Of a DNA stretch of 64,000 bases, positions 17,695 through 28,300 are shown piece by piece. Location of the stretch: the IMG/VR virus record IMGVR_UViG_3300044957_000729; one strand, written 5' to 3'. The notes below the pieces were generated by a model that was given only the letters and a program-made list of their open reading frames with translations, was not told the DNA's origin and did not search any database. The position numbers and the translations under genes are program-made. The DNA is from a virus. How positions within the stretch are numbered: position 1 is the first letter of the stretch; each line of letters starts with the position of its first letter.

Positions 17695-19605
17695 ATGGCA
17701 GAAGAACCCAAGCATATATTACAAAAAGGTGTAGCTTTAAATGATATAAAAAACCTCCAGGACGCTGGTGAGGTAGTAAGTGATGTCCAGTATTATAATA
17801 GCAAGATTATATATGCTTTTCCTAGTGATAAAGCTTTTGCTACTTATGAGCTTTCCGAATTAAGATATCTTCCTAAAAGTTTATTCTATGATGCAGCCAC
17901 TTCGGATGGGGTATATAGGGGACTTTTTGCTTATTATGTTTTGGGAGGTTCTAAAGATAGAGTTAAATATCATGCTTCGGAGCTAAACACTGAGAATGGT
18001 GGTTTATCTAAGATAACTCCTATCGGGTCAAGAAATCCCACTGCTAGCCAAATAATAAAAACAGTTACAGGAGGGGGAAAGACGCCAAACTATTTAAATC
18101 CTACTAGCCCTTATAGAGGACAAATATACAACGTGAAGGATTTTATTTTCTGTAAATATTACGGTATTATTCCAAACAACCGAATGTTAACTCTACGGAG
18201 GTTTGCGCATCCAACATTAGATTCTTTAAGAGTTATAGCTAATCCTATGGTTGGTGATTTTAGCGCAGTCAGTGGCGCTTCTGGATCATTGATACCTCAG
18301 TACGATATACCAAATGAGCCAATAAAAGATCTAGGTATATTACAAGATACTGATGCTACCTTCAACACTTCTCTTCCTGTTGCACAGTTGGTCACCTTTT
18401 TTGGAGCAGATACGGGTAATATTCTTGCTACTATATTAGGAATAGACACAGGGTTAAATTTCTCTCAAGAAACGCAGGAGCCAATGAAGAACGAGCAGAC
18501 GGGAGATCCTGGTTTAATGAACACTCCTTACGGAGATTTAATAAAAGCGGCAGTAACTAGCGGAACTAATAGCATAGGAGCGGAGGATATAGAATCCATT
18601 GATAAATTAATAGGTACCATAGTTGCTCCCGAAAAAAACATAAACAGATTACAGAGAGCTCTTTTAGACGAGGCAGTAACTGCTGACGGGCCGCTTTCTA
18701 AAAAAATATTTGTCAACCTAAACACAGTAAATAAAGTTGCAATTAGACAACAGGGATTTAATGGTGGAACTAGTAGTTTCACCCTGAATTTTCATTACAC
18801 TCTTAGTTCTGCGGGTGAGGTTAATTCTAAATTATTATTCCTTGATTTAATGGCTAATGTATTATCTGTTGGTACTGACTATGGGCAGTTTTTAACTCCT
18901 GAGATAAGAATACAACAAACTGCAGTAGGTATGGGATTCCCTGGAGGTCCTGCTGGATATGCAAAATCCATAACAGATCCTATTAATTATATAAGGGACG
19001 TGGTAGGAAAAATGCTATCCGCCGGCGAGGTTAACAAAGCCAAGGCACAAGAGGAGGAGGTAAACAAGGGGGTTTCTGCTGTTTATGCTGACGTTCAGAA
19101 ATTTATAAGTAACTCTGACACATTTAAGTTTGAGGGAACACAGCTTTCTAAATCGATTGCCGTTATGCTTTCTGAGGCATTCCTTAAAAAGATATACTAT
19201 AGTCCAATCATGTTAAGTGGATATCCAACTGGAGAATGGCATTTAACAATAGGTAATCCTTTGAATCCTATAGCCATGATGGGAAATTTAGTTTGTAACA
19301 ATGTTAAAATAAACTTTAACGATGATTTAGGACCTGATGATTTTCCAACTGAAATGACTGTTTCGTTACAGCTTTTGCCAGGAAGACAAAGACATAGAGG
19401 TGACTGGGAATCTATGTTTAATAGAGGTAACGGAAGATTGTATCTTGGTCAGTTAGTTAGCAGCAAAGAAACGACTAATGCCTTTGTTAATACGCAAGGT
19501 AACTTCGTTAATAATACTGCAGGGCAAAACATTTACAATATAGTGGAGGAAAATATAAACCCTCTTACAGGAACAGAAACTAATGCACAAGGTCCAGGAG
19601 GATAG
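17695..19605 (+). CDS. putative baseplate/tail-tube junction protein (gp48-like C-terminal domain)
   Basis: C-terminal ...GNLVCNNVKINF...DDFPTEMTVSLQL tube-fold-like pattern; precedes gp53-like gene. Confidence 0.4.
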   Translation: MAEEPKHILQKGVALNDIKNLQDAGEVVSDVQYYNSKIIYAFPSDKAFATYELSELRYLPKSLFYDAATSDGVYRGLFAYYVLGGSKDRVKYHASELNTENGGLSKITPIGSRNPTASQIIKTVTGGGKTPNYLNPTSPYRGQIYNVKDFIFCKYYGIIPNNRMLTLRRFAHPTLDSLRVIANPMVGDFSAVSGASGSLIPQYDIPNEPIKDLGILQDTDATFNTSLPVAQLVTFFGADTGNILATILGIDTGLNFSQETQEPMKNEQTGDPGLMNTPYGDLIKAAVTSGTNSIGAEDIESIDKLIGTIVAPEKNINRLQRALLDEAVTADGPLSKKIFVNLNTVNKVAIRQQGFNGGTSSFTLNFHYTLSSAGEVNSKLLFLDLMANVLSVGTDYGQFLTPEIRIQQTAVGMGFPGGPAGYAKSITDPINYIRDVVGKMLSAGEVNKAKAQEEEVNKGVSAVYADVQKFISNSDTFKFEGTQLSKSIAVMLSEAFLKKIYYSPIMLSGYPTGEWHLTIGNPLNPIAMMGNLVCNNVKINFNDDLGPDDFPTEMTVSLQLLPGRQRHRGDWESMFNRGNGRLYLGQLVSSKETTNAFVNTQGNFVNNTAGQNIYNIVEENINPLTGTETNAQGPGG

Positions 19606-19621
19606 ACATAAATTATAAAAG

Positions 19622-20227
19622 ATGCTAACAATAGATATTATAAATGATAAGCCCTTCTTTACCAATCCTAACACGCAGGATAGGTATGTAGACTTATTGA
19701 CACCATCATGGGTTGCTAGAGCGGTAAGATACTCTATAAAAGCAATAGCCTTTGTTACGGACGAAACAAAAATGAGACCTGATTTAGTTTCTATGCAATA
19801 TCTAGGTGACACATCTAGATTAGGAACTCTGTTAAAGCTTAATAATATATCCAACCCATTAAGTGTTAATTCAGGGGAGATACTATTAGTACCGGGCGAT
19901 CAGATGGTCACTGATCTATTTCAAAGCGGTAAGGCAGTTTCTTCACAAAAGCAAAAAGCAAGATCTTTTAGAAAAGAACTACAAGATAAAATATCTCAGG
20001 TTAGCAAAGATCGTTTAGAATATCTTAACGCTAAAAACGTGTCCAATCTAGCAGAAGTTCCCCTTCCCCCTAATTTACTACAAGAGGGACAGCAACAAAT
20101 ACTTGTTACTGAGGGAAGACTGATATTTGGTCCTGATATAGGACAATGTAGAAGTAAAGCAAAGAAAAACGTTTCCGTTACAGACATAAAAACAAAATTA
20201 GCACAAAAGAACATTTTTAGAAGATAA
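19622..20227 (+). CDS. baseplate wedge protein, gp53/LysM-like
   Basis: RPDLVS..YLG......LLKLNNISNP...G..L.VP motif. Confidence 0.7.
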   Translation: MLTIDIINDKPFFTNPNTQDRYVDLLTPSWVARAVRYSIKAIAFVTDETKMRPDLVSMQYLGDTSRLGTLLKLNNISNPLSVNSGEILLVPGDQMVTDLFQSGKAVSSQKQKARSFRKELQDKISQVSKDRLEYLNAKNVSNLAEVPLPPNLLQEGQQQILVTEGRLIFGPDIGQCRSKAKKNVSVTDIKTKLAQKNIFRR

Positions 20228-20230
20228 AAT

Positions 20231-21853
20231 ATGCCTGCAGAAATAAACATAAGGAAGGCTATATTACAGTACAGAAATCCTGATATATTTCTGGATGAGC
20301 TTAGTGTAATTGACACATCTAATCAAGACGGAGACTCCCAATTAAACGACCAAAAGAATGGAAACGTACAGAAGAAGTATTTTGGATCAACCACTCCTTT
20401 GGTTAGGATAAACACGGAAATAATAAGTGGTATAAAGTACTTTAAATTAGATCTTACAGGATTTAAACCTACCCTTCTTTTTAGATTTGAAACGATAGAT
20501 CAGAAATTTATATTTACATCCTATCCTAAAGATGGAGACCTAGTTTCCATATACATAAGACCCTATGGTGAAATGTTTAAACCAATAAGGATAGACTTTA
20601 TAATAAATGAAGTTATAGCACCTTTTAACGGAGGTCCTTACACTGATTATACTCCATCTACTGGTAAATATCAGACATACACCATAATGGCTGAAGTTAG
20701 GATACCTAAGCTTTATAAGCATATATGTAAAAGTTTTAACGGGAATAGTTCGGATGCACTTTTAAAAATATCAGAGGATCTAGGATTGGGGTATGCTTCA
20801 AACGAAGCAAAAACTAACGATTCTATGAATTGGGTATCTCCTAATCTTGACTATCAAACTCTAATAAAAGATATAGTAAACAATGCTTGGTTAAGCGAAG
20901 AGGACTATTTTGATTGTTGGATAGATCAATATTACAATATAAATTTAATAAATCTAAAAAAACAATTTGATGATATAAATCCTAATCTAGAAAACATGAG
21001 AATGGCTTACGGAGCGGACTCCTTTGGGGATGTTTTTTCTGGCGGCGGAGCACCAGAGACACACGAGGTAGAATTTCCCCTTTTACTTACAAACTCTACT
21101 CAGTTTAGTAAGTCCCCTCTTTTTATTAGCGACCTTTCTTTAGAACAAAATGCTGGTAGTATAAACAAAGACCTAGGATACTTCCAGAAGATACAGTTCT
21201 ACGATAGCAAACTTGTTTCGGATAAGCCAAAGAATAAATTTGTTGAGTATGACATAGAGTCTATTACGAATAAAAATTTAGGATCAAGGGACACTTTAAA
21301 TAAAGGAAGATTAGGAGAGAACACTTATAAAGAGGAAATAAAAAAGACCTATGTTGGAACTATGTATTTTGAAAACGTACATGAAAACTTTCAACAAGCT
21401 TCAATCCAAAATATCCTAAACAGAAACGATTCTTATAAGATAATACTTAGAGTTAAAAATAGGTCATGGACTCCTTTTTTATATAGGGGGCAAACATTTC
21501 CTGTAGCGATTTTTTCTGAGGGCAATCCAGAGGTAAGTGCATCCTCTAGTTACAGCCCAGTAGGGGATCAAAAAAAATCCCTTGCCAATGATCCAGATAA
21601 AAGAACTATAAATGCTTTTCTTTCTGGTAATTATGTTGTTCTTGGATTTACTATAGAATATGACGAGGAAGGAATATACCAAACGATGTTACTAGGAAAG
21701 AAACAATGGGCACTAAATCCTGGATTGGCTTCAGAACCTATTCCTTTAGATCCTAAGATATTCGATGCTGATTTCAATGATTTGGCTAAGAGTGTTTCCT
21801 TTACTGTTCAAGAAAATACACAAAAGCTGAAAGGCGACATATATAATAATTAA
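20231..21853 (+). CDS. putative baseplate hub protein (gp27/VgrG-N-like)
   Basis: position between gp53-like and gp5-like genes; C-terminal LSGNYVV pattern typical of hub proteins. Confidence 0.45.
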   Translation: MPAEINIRKAILQYRNPDIFLDELSVIDTSNQDGDSQLNDQKNGNVQKKYFGSTTPLVRINTEIISGIKYFKLDLTGFKPTLLFRFETIDQKFIFTSYPKDGDLVSIYIRPYGEMFKPIRIDFIINEVIAPFNGGPYTDYTPSTGKYQTYTIMAEVRIPKLYKHICKSFNGNSSDALLKISEDLGLGYASNEAKTNDSMNWVSPNLDYQTLIKDIVNNAWLSEEDYFDCWIDQYYNINLINLKKQFDDINPNLENMRMAYGADSFGDVFSGGGAPETHEVEFPLLLTNSTQFSKSPLFISDLSLEQNAGSINKDLGYFQKIQFYDSKLVSDKPKNKFVEYDIESITNKNLGSRDTLNKGRLGENTYKEEIKKTYVGTMYFENVHENFQQASIQNILNRNDSYKIILRVKNRSWTPFLYRGQTFPVAIFSEGNPEVSASSSYSPVGDQKKSLANDPDKRTINAFLSGNYVVLGFTIEYDEEGIYQTMLLGKKQWALNPGLASEPIPLDPKIFDADFNDLAKSVSFTVQENTQKLKGDIYNN

Positions 21854-21859
21854 AAGGAT

Positions 21860-24439
21860 ATGGCAAATTTTTTATCGGATCTTAAAAGCGGCCCTTTGGG
21901 AAGTAAGCTAATTCCTGACGGTGACGCTCTTAAAAGAAAAGTAGACGGGCAAAGGGAAACTTTCTTAAAGGGTGTATCAACTACTAAGCATGGTAAAAAA
22001 GAGGATCCCACTTATTTACATTTTAGATTTATCTTTGATTTCGGAGAAACCTCTATAATGGATCCGGAAACTTTCCTTGCGCCATCTCCATTATTTAGAC
22101 CAACTGATCGCACAGCTAATCAGGACGAAATAATCAGTTTTGCAAGAGCTAATGGAGTTGCAGAACAGGACATACCTAATTATATTAGAGCTCTAACAGA
22201 GAACGAAGCAAAATCTGGGAATGGAAATTTTTATAGTGGCACTGATTTTTTCTACGGAAGTAAATTTGAAGTAAAATCTAGAGCACAGCAGGGGGCTTTT
22301 AATATAAACGGGGGAGGTGTAGGATACATGGGTGCTCAGAGATTTCTTGCACAGAGATCTGTCAAGAGACAGCAAATGCTTGAAGCATTTAAAAAAGGTT
22401 TAAGATTCATAAACGAAAAATGCCCCTATTACTTTCAATCAATTAGCGGATTGGAACAGCTATTAAAGGTTGATATAAAAAATCTACATAAACCTGCAGG
22501 TAAGCCACAAAGAATGGGCACGTTAGCAATAGATTGTTTAGAATCTATTGATATGAGGATATTTTCATTATCTGAACTTTACAGAAAAGCAATATATGAC
22601 TACACATATCATCGGGTAATGTTACCGGAAAATCTTAGGAAATTTAGAATGTGGCTTGTTGTTTCGGAGATAAGAAATATACAAATGAGTTACGGAATAA
22701 ATGATATCTTGAACCCTTTTTCTATTCCATCGGTTGCACAAGCAGCAAATTTTGTAGACAGTTTTAATAGTCAAACCGGATTTTTAGATAATACGGGAGG
22801 ACTACTACAAAAATCAACAAATGCTTTAGGTATAACGCAAGAAGAACCGCAAGACAAATTTGGATCATACACTCTAGGACCATATGCTTTTATTTACCAG
22901 TTTGATCAATGTGAATTTGATTTTGATGATTCATATCCATCTTTCAGTTTAATAGATAATAAAGGGGGATCTGCTGTTACTAATAAATTTAAAATACACG
23001 TAGGAAGGGTTAAAGATTACAAAATACAATTCAATGCTTTATCCGATATTATCAAGAAAGAAGACAACATAAAATCCATGGTTCTTTCCGATGTATGGGG
23101 ATCTAAAACAAGTGGATATACCAACTACGACTATACAGGAACTGAAGGATTAAATCCAGTTACTTTTGATGATAAGGCTAATCCTGCTGAATATTTTGCT
23201 AGCTTAGCTTCTAATTTTATAACTAACAGTGTGGCTGATTTAAAAGACCAAGGTGTACAATTATTACAAGGAGCTTTATTGGGCAACATTTATGGGTTAG
23301 GTGGTATTAACGTTGGGGCTGCAACAAGAAATGTTCAATCCCTAGTTAACACATTAAAAGAAGGAATACCAAACCCCTTTGCTGATAACACACCACAGGC
23401 ACAGGGCCTAGGTGGACCAGATCAGAGACAATACCCAACTATTAAGGAAGATGTTTATCTTGGAGTTCCTAACCCTAATCAACAAAATCTAGGAACTGCG
23501 TATAATAGCCAAACAGGAACACCCGGAACTGCTAGTGGTGATGTGTATTCTAATAATCCGGGATCAGATTTAGGATTACCGGATAGACAATATCCTGTTC
23601 CTGGTGGTGATGAATATAAGAACGTACCTGGTTCTGACTCGGGTGTACCCGGAAGAGTCTATCCTACGATAGAACAAGATATCTACACTACTAATCCTGG
23701 AGCAGATGCAGGATTACCAGATAGACAATATCCAACATCCCAAAGTGATGAGTATAATGATGTACCCGGGAGTAGTTTGGGTGTACCTGGTAGAATCTAT
23801 CCAGAGCCAAACGATGATGCTTACGAGAACAACCCTGGCTCTGATCTAGGTCTTCCCGAGCGTCAATATCCTCAAGCAAATGATGATGTTTATTCCGATC
23901 CTTCCGTGGTGGATACTAGTAATATTGGAAGTGTTTACCCTGATACTAATAACACTTATGGAAATTTAAGCGACAAGGAATATGACGAACCACAAAACAT
24001 TATTCCGGGAAATATAGGTGATGTGTATCCAGAAACAGTTAATAGCTATGGTAATTTAAACGATAAAGAATATACAGAGCCTGGATCTTCTTCTACGGAA
24101 AACATAGGGGATGTTTACGAGAATACAGAAAATAATTATCCAGGATTAAACGAGAAGGTTTATGTAAATCCAGCTCCAAGAGAAGAAAACTTAGGCGAGG
24201 TATATAAGGATACTAAAAATGAATATCCTAGTGTTAATGATATTTCATATGATCTCCCATCTAATGTCAATAACATATTAAATGAGGATGTCTATAAAAG
24301 TGTACCCGGGAGTGATCTAGGAACTCCTGGAAGAAATTACAAATCTATAAATGAATCTCTATATAGAAGATCAAATGGACCTATCAATATATCTAATATA
24401 GGAAGAGTATATCCTACTACAGGAAATGAAAACAATTAG
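21860..24439 (+). CDS. structural protein: tube-fold-like N-terminal domain plus C-terminal tandem peptide repeats
   Basis: YYFQSISGL..IDCLES.DMRI..L..YR motif; repeat array in C-terminal third. Confidence 0.45.
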   Translation: MANFLSDLKSGPLGSKLIPDGDALKRKVDGQRETFLKGVSTTKHGKKEDPTYLHFRFIFDFGETSIMDPETFLAPSPLFRPTDRTANQDEIISFARANGVAEQDIPNYIRALTENEAKSGNGNFYSGTDFFYGSKFEVKSRAQQGAFNINGGGVGYMGAQRFLAQRSVKRQQMLEAFKKGLRFINEKCPYYFQSISGLEQLLKVDIKNLHKPAGKPQRMGTLAIDCLESIDMRIFSLSELYRKAIYDYTYHRVMLPENLRKFRMWLVVSEIRNIQMSYGINDILNPFSIPSVAQAANFVDSFNSQTGFLDNTGGLLQKSTNALGITQEEPQDKFGSYTLGPYAFIYQFDQCEFDFDDSYPSFSLIDNKGGSAVTNKFKIHVGRVKDYKIQFNALSDIIKKEDNIKSMVLSDVWGSKTSGYTNYDYTGTEGLNPVTFDDKANPAEYFASLASNFITNSVADLKDQGVQLLQGALLGNIYGLGGINVGAATRNVQSLVNTLKEGIPNPFADNTPQAQGLGGPDQRQYPTIKEDVYLGVPNPNQQNLGTAYNSQTGTPGTASGDVYSNNPGSDLGLPDRQYPVPGGDEYKNVPGSDSGVPGRVYPTIEQDIYTTNPGADAGLPDRQYPTSQSDEYNDVPGSSLGVPGRIYPEPNDDAYENNPGSDLGLPERQYPQANDDVYSDPSVVDTSNIGSVYPDTNNTYGNLSDKEYDEPQNIIPGNIGDVYPETVNSYGNLNDKEYTEPGSSSTENIGDVYENTENNYPGLNEKVYVNPAPREENLGEVYKDTKNEYPSVNDISYDLPSNVNNILNEDVYKSVPGSDLGTPGRNYKSINESLYRRSNGPINISNIGRVYPTTGNENN
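23400..24420 (+). repeat. degenerate coding repeats (NPGSDLGLPDRQYP / VPGS..GVPGR.YP, then NIGDVYP.T.N.YGNL.DKEY)
   Basis: alternating ~22-23 aa units followed by ~30 aa units, visible in translation. Confidence 0.85.
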
Positions 24440-24456
24440 TAATATTTAGGTATAAT
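24428..24456 (+). promoter_or_regulatory. putative promoter GAAAAC-N17-TATAAT
   Basis: recurrent motif, 5 nt before gp5-like ATG. Confidence 0.5.
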
Positions 24457-24461
24457 TAAAA

Positions 24462-25367
24462 ATGGGATTAGTAGACAGAAATAAACTAGAGAAACCTAAT
24501 ACGGAGATATCGCATTATCTTGGTGTAGTTGTGGATAATAAAGATCCGGAATTTAAAGGAAGGGCTAAAGTTCGTGTATTTGGTATTTTCGATGAGCTAG
24601 CTAATGCTGATCTTCCTTGGTCACATCAGAGATTTGAACAAAGCTACGGTCTGGGCGGAGGATCGGGAAGAATATCCGTGCCTAAATTAGGATCGGTAGT
24701 GCATGTTCAATTTAACAACGGAAACTATTACAGTCCGGAATATAAAGCAGTACAGGAACTATCTCCTGATTTAATAGACGAAATTAGAGCTAGTTACGAC
24801 GGAGCTCATTCTTTAATCTATGATGGTATAGAAAGGCTAAAGATGTACTATACTGTGGAGAAGGGATTAGTAATAGATTTAAAGGAGTCTAAGATAATAA
24901 TAAGAAATGATAATTCTATACTAATTACCCATGCTGATGACACTGCATCGATTGAACTTAAAGGAGGTAAGATAACTAAGTATGCTGACCAAGAAATAGA
25001 AAACACTGCGGTAACTAGAATTAAGCACAGCTCCGAAGAGGTTTGGATGGATGGAAAAACTACCAATCTGGGGCACTCACCTTTGTTCTCAGCAGTTTGT
25101 GCGGAACCTTTGTGGGATTTCTTAAAAAAATTAGCTATATCAGTCGATAGTAAAATGCCAGCTACACCAGGGGTTAACTCAACTTTAGCATCTAGCTTCG
25201 AACAATTAGCAACAAGTCAGACCGTGAGGGTTACTAGAGAAAATGCTCCAGACTTTCCGACTGTACCTGCTGATGCTAACTCTCCTGTTGGTATACCTAA
25301 TACGGGAACATCAGGAACATCAGGCACCAGTGGAACGTCAGGAACTAGCGGAATAACTGGAGTATGA
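24462..25367 (+). CDS. gp5: baseplate central spike, gp5/gpV-like OB-fold protein (no lysozyme domain)
   Basis: YLGVVVDNKDP..GR.KVRV.G, LPW, VPK.GS.V.V.F.NG. Confidence 0.85.
   Translation: MGLVDRNKLEKPNTEISHYLGVVVDNKDPEFKGRAKVRVFGIFDELANADLPWSHQRFEQSYGLGGGSGRISVPKLGSVVHVQFNNGNYYSPEYKAVQELSPDLIDEIRASYDGAHSLIYDGIERLKMYYTVEKGLVIDLKESKIIIRNDNSILITHADDTASIELKGGKITKYADQEIENTAVTRIKHSSEEVWMDGKTTNLGHSPLFSAVCAEPLWDFLKKLAISVDSKMPATPGVNSTLASSFEQLATSQTVRVTRENAPDFPTVPADANSPVGIPNTGTSGTSGTSGTSGTSGITGV
25305..25361 (+). repeat. (GTS)5-GITG C-terminal repeat
   Basis: GGA ACA TCA x2, GGC ACC AGT, GGA ACG TCA, GGA ACT AGC. Confidence 0.9.
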
Positions 25368-25368
25368 T

Positions 25369-28300
25369 ATGGCAGGAAGTATAGAATCTAGAATAGATGA
25401 TTTATTAGGCAAGGATTTTTCCGAGATGACTACCGAGGAGATATTAAATATAATATCTGGTGGAAGTGATTTTAATATTCCTTATGAAGATCTACAATCT
25501 AAAGAGGGATTTGAAAAAGAGTTAGATAAAAGCCAAAAAGAGGTTAACTCTATTATAGAAAGTTTAAATCCCCAAAAGCCGCCTATTCCTATAAAAGATA
25601 TAGAAGATCTTTCCTGTAATTATGAAGGCGATGATTTATATAGCAGGATAATTTTAGAAACGCTCAAAAGGGAAGATATTAAGGTGTATAATGAACTTTT
25701 GGAGTCTGATGAATACAAAGGTAATCTACCTGTTTCGGAAAGAGATCTAGGGGTAAAAATAGCAGGCAACAGGGACCTTGGATTTTCTAAAAAAATACCT
25801 TCAGAAGGAATTACAAAATATCTTAGAAGCAAAAATCCTGAATTTTTAGAAAAAACAAACGAAAAAATATTTGATAATCTGGATCCTTTGTTATTGGGTA
25901 AACCTTCTAATTCTGGATCTAGAAAGAAAAGAAAAATGAATGTATTGGGATTTGAAATTCCTTTACAATTTATAATGAACGGAACTCAAATAGTTCACGT
26001 TAAAATTGGTGATGGAGAAATAAACTTAGACGGTGCATTAGAAAAAATAAACAGCATTCTAAAAACACAGAATAGTAATACTAATCCCTGTGATTTCAAA
26101 GACGTAGACGAAAATACATCCTCTGAAAGAATAGATGCTTTTGATGCTAACTTTTATCCCGACGGAGACGACCCAATAATAGATGATGACTGTTTACCAG
26201 GTATACCTGAAGATCCTATAACTGGCGATCCTATTCTAACAAAATCTAGTTTTGATGAAACATTGGAAGATTTTTGTGATCCTCCAGTCTACGAATTTAG
26301 GAGAGAGGAAGTTAATGACCCCGAACCTCCTAGCGTGGATGTTGATGCTATAGATGCCTGTGTTTCTTCAGCTTTGGATGCAGGTAAAAAATTAGAAGAG
26401 GATGTAAAGCTTTTAGCTAGATGGCAAATGATAGAGAGAAATCTAGAGGAGATACTTTATCACTATGAAGCTATATACGAATATCAAAAATCATTATATG
26501 ATAATTGGCTTTCAAGAGTACCAAAAAACGAGGGAGGAGATCCTACAGATCTTCAAATTGGAATTTCTATATTGACCTATAGGGATCAGATTTCTATATA
26601 CCAGAAAGAGTTAATAGATCAGATACAGAAATACAACGACGATAAGACTATATTTCTTGAGAATAATAACATATTCACTGAAGAGCTATTCCTTTTAGAT
26701 GTTTATGCTACAGAGCTAAGTGATAGTGATACAGAACAACTTTTTAATGATCAGATAGATGCAGGACTATCTCCTGTTACATATAATGATTCCACACAAT
26801 CTTGGCCTGTTACTGAAGCGGTTCTTAGATTTAAAGAAAACGTAGAGGATATAAGATCTATCATGATAGAAGGCAACTTTATATCTGTTATAGAAAATAA
26901 AATACAAGAAACACAGGATCTACTAGACGCAGCGATATCAACACTAGCACAAAGAAAAAATGCTCCTGTTTCGGTAGAAGATGTAGAGAAATCTTTTCTT
27001 CCTCCGAATACTGCTACCTCAGATGTTTATGGACAGGGGAATTCTGCTCTAAACATAAACGAGAGAGTTTTTAAAAGTCCTTTACAACTAAGTTTAACAA
27101 CCGAGTCATATGCTTATGATTCTTATGGATATGATTTCTTAGAAGCACTAAAAGAATTTTCAGTAAGATATAAAACAAACTTTGTTAAATCTAGGGGGGA
27201 ATTACAATTTGAGTTATCTTTCATTACCGATTATGGGTTTCCTTTACCTTATAAAAAAACAAAAAAACCCGCTAAGATAAGTTTTAAAGGAGCTTCTTCG
27301 CAGCCCCTATCTGAAGTAACAGAACCGGATGAAGAAAAAATAAAAATAGGAAACGAGCACGCAGAAAACGGTGGACTGCTTAGTGATTATTCTCCCGAAT
27401 ATTTAAAATCTTATCAGTTCTTAAAGATTAACAATATAAGGAATGGATTTCCCGACGTAGCTAAATTCTATGACTTTATAGAAAAGATAATAAAAAAGAA
27501 TGATTCTAAAGAAAGCATAATTGAAAAAATAGTTGAAGACAGAGGAATACTTTATGGAAATCTTATAGAGAAGTCATCTTTTAATTGGCTATTCTTTACA
27601 GCAGAAGAAAGGGGAGATAATGATGCTAGGGATCCTTCTAAAACGAGACCTGCTAGTTTTAGTGCAGAAGGAGAGCCAACTCCGGTATTCACAGATTTCT
27701 ATAGTAATTTTAAAACTAAATGGAATGCTAAATATCTGGAGAATAAAAATCTCTATATAAATCCCGCTTTACAAAATCTCAGAACACAAGCTATCAGAGC
27801 AGGTGAAGGATTAGCAAAGACTTTACCTGCTTCTGACGTTATAGGTATTAGAATTTTAGAAAACTATTTAGATGTAAAGAGAAAATATGAGCAGATAAAA
27901 GAAATTATGCTTATTTCTGCACAGAAAATACACGAGATAAACGAGACGATTAGTCCGGAGAACGTAGGTAAAAGATTTTCTGATATAAAATGTGCAGGAG
28001 CTAACACCCCTCCTGCTGAAGACGATAGGGAGAACTGTCCTCCTGTTTGTTGTGGAGAACCCGGATCTGATTTTAAAACTGACAACTATTTACTATCATC
28101 TCCGCCAAGCTCAGATTGCCCGACAATGTTTCAGAGATGTTGGTGGAAACAGTTCTGTAAGGATGTTACTAAAGTTGGTATACTTCCTTATCCTAACGGG
28201 CTTCCTCCAATAGAGGATCCTAAATATTTTCTAGCACAAGGGCCCACTATTAGGTTAGGATTTAAATATTGGCCGGTTGGGTACCTACCTCCTGCGTTTC

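Noticed and set aside
23400-24420. Possible CRISPR array or DGR repeat
   Set aside because: Repeats are conserved at the protein level with synonymous divergence; there are no identical DNA repeats with unique spacers, no adenine-specific TR/VR pair and no reverse transcriptase.
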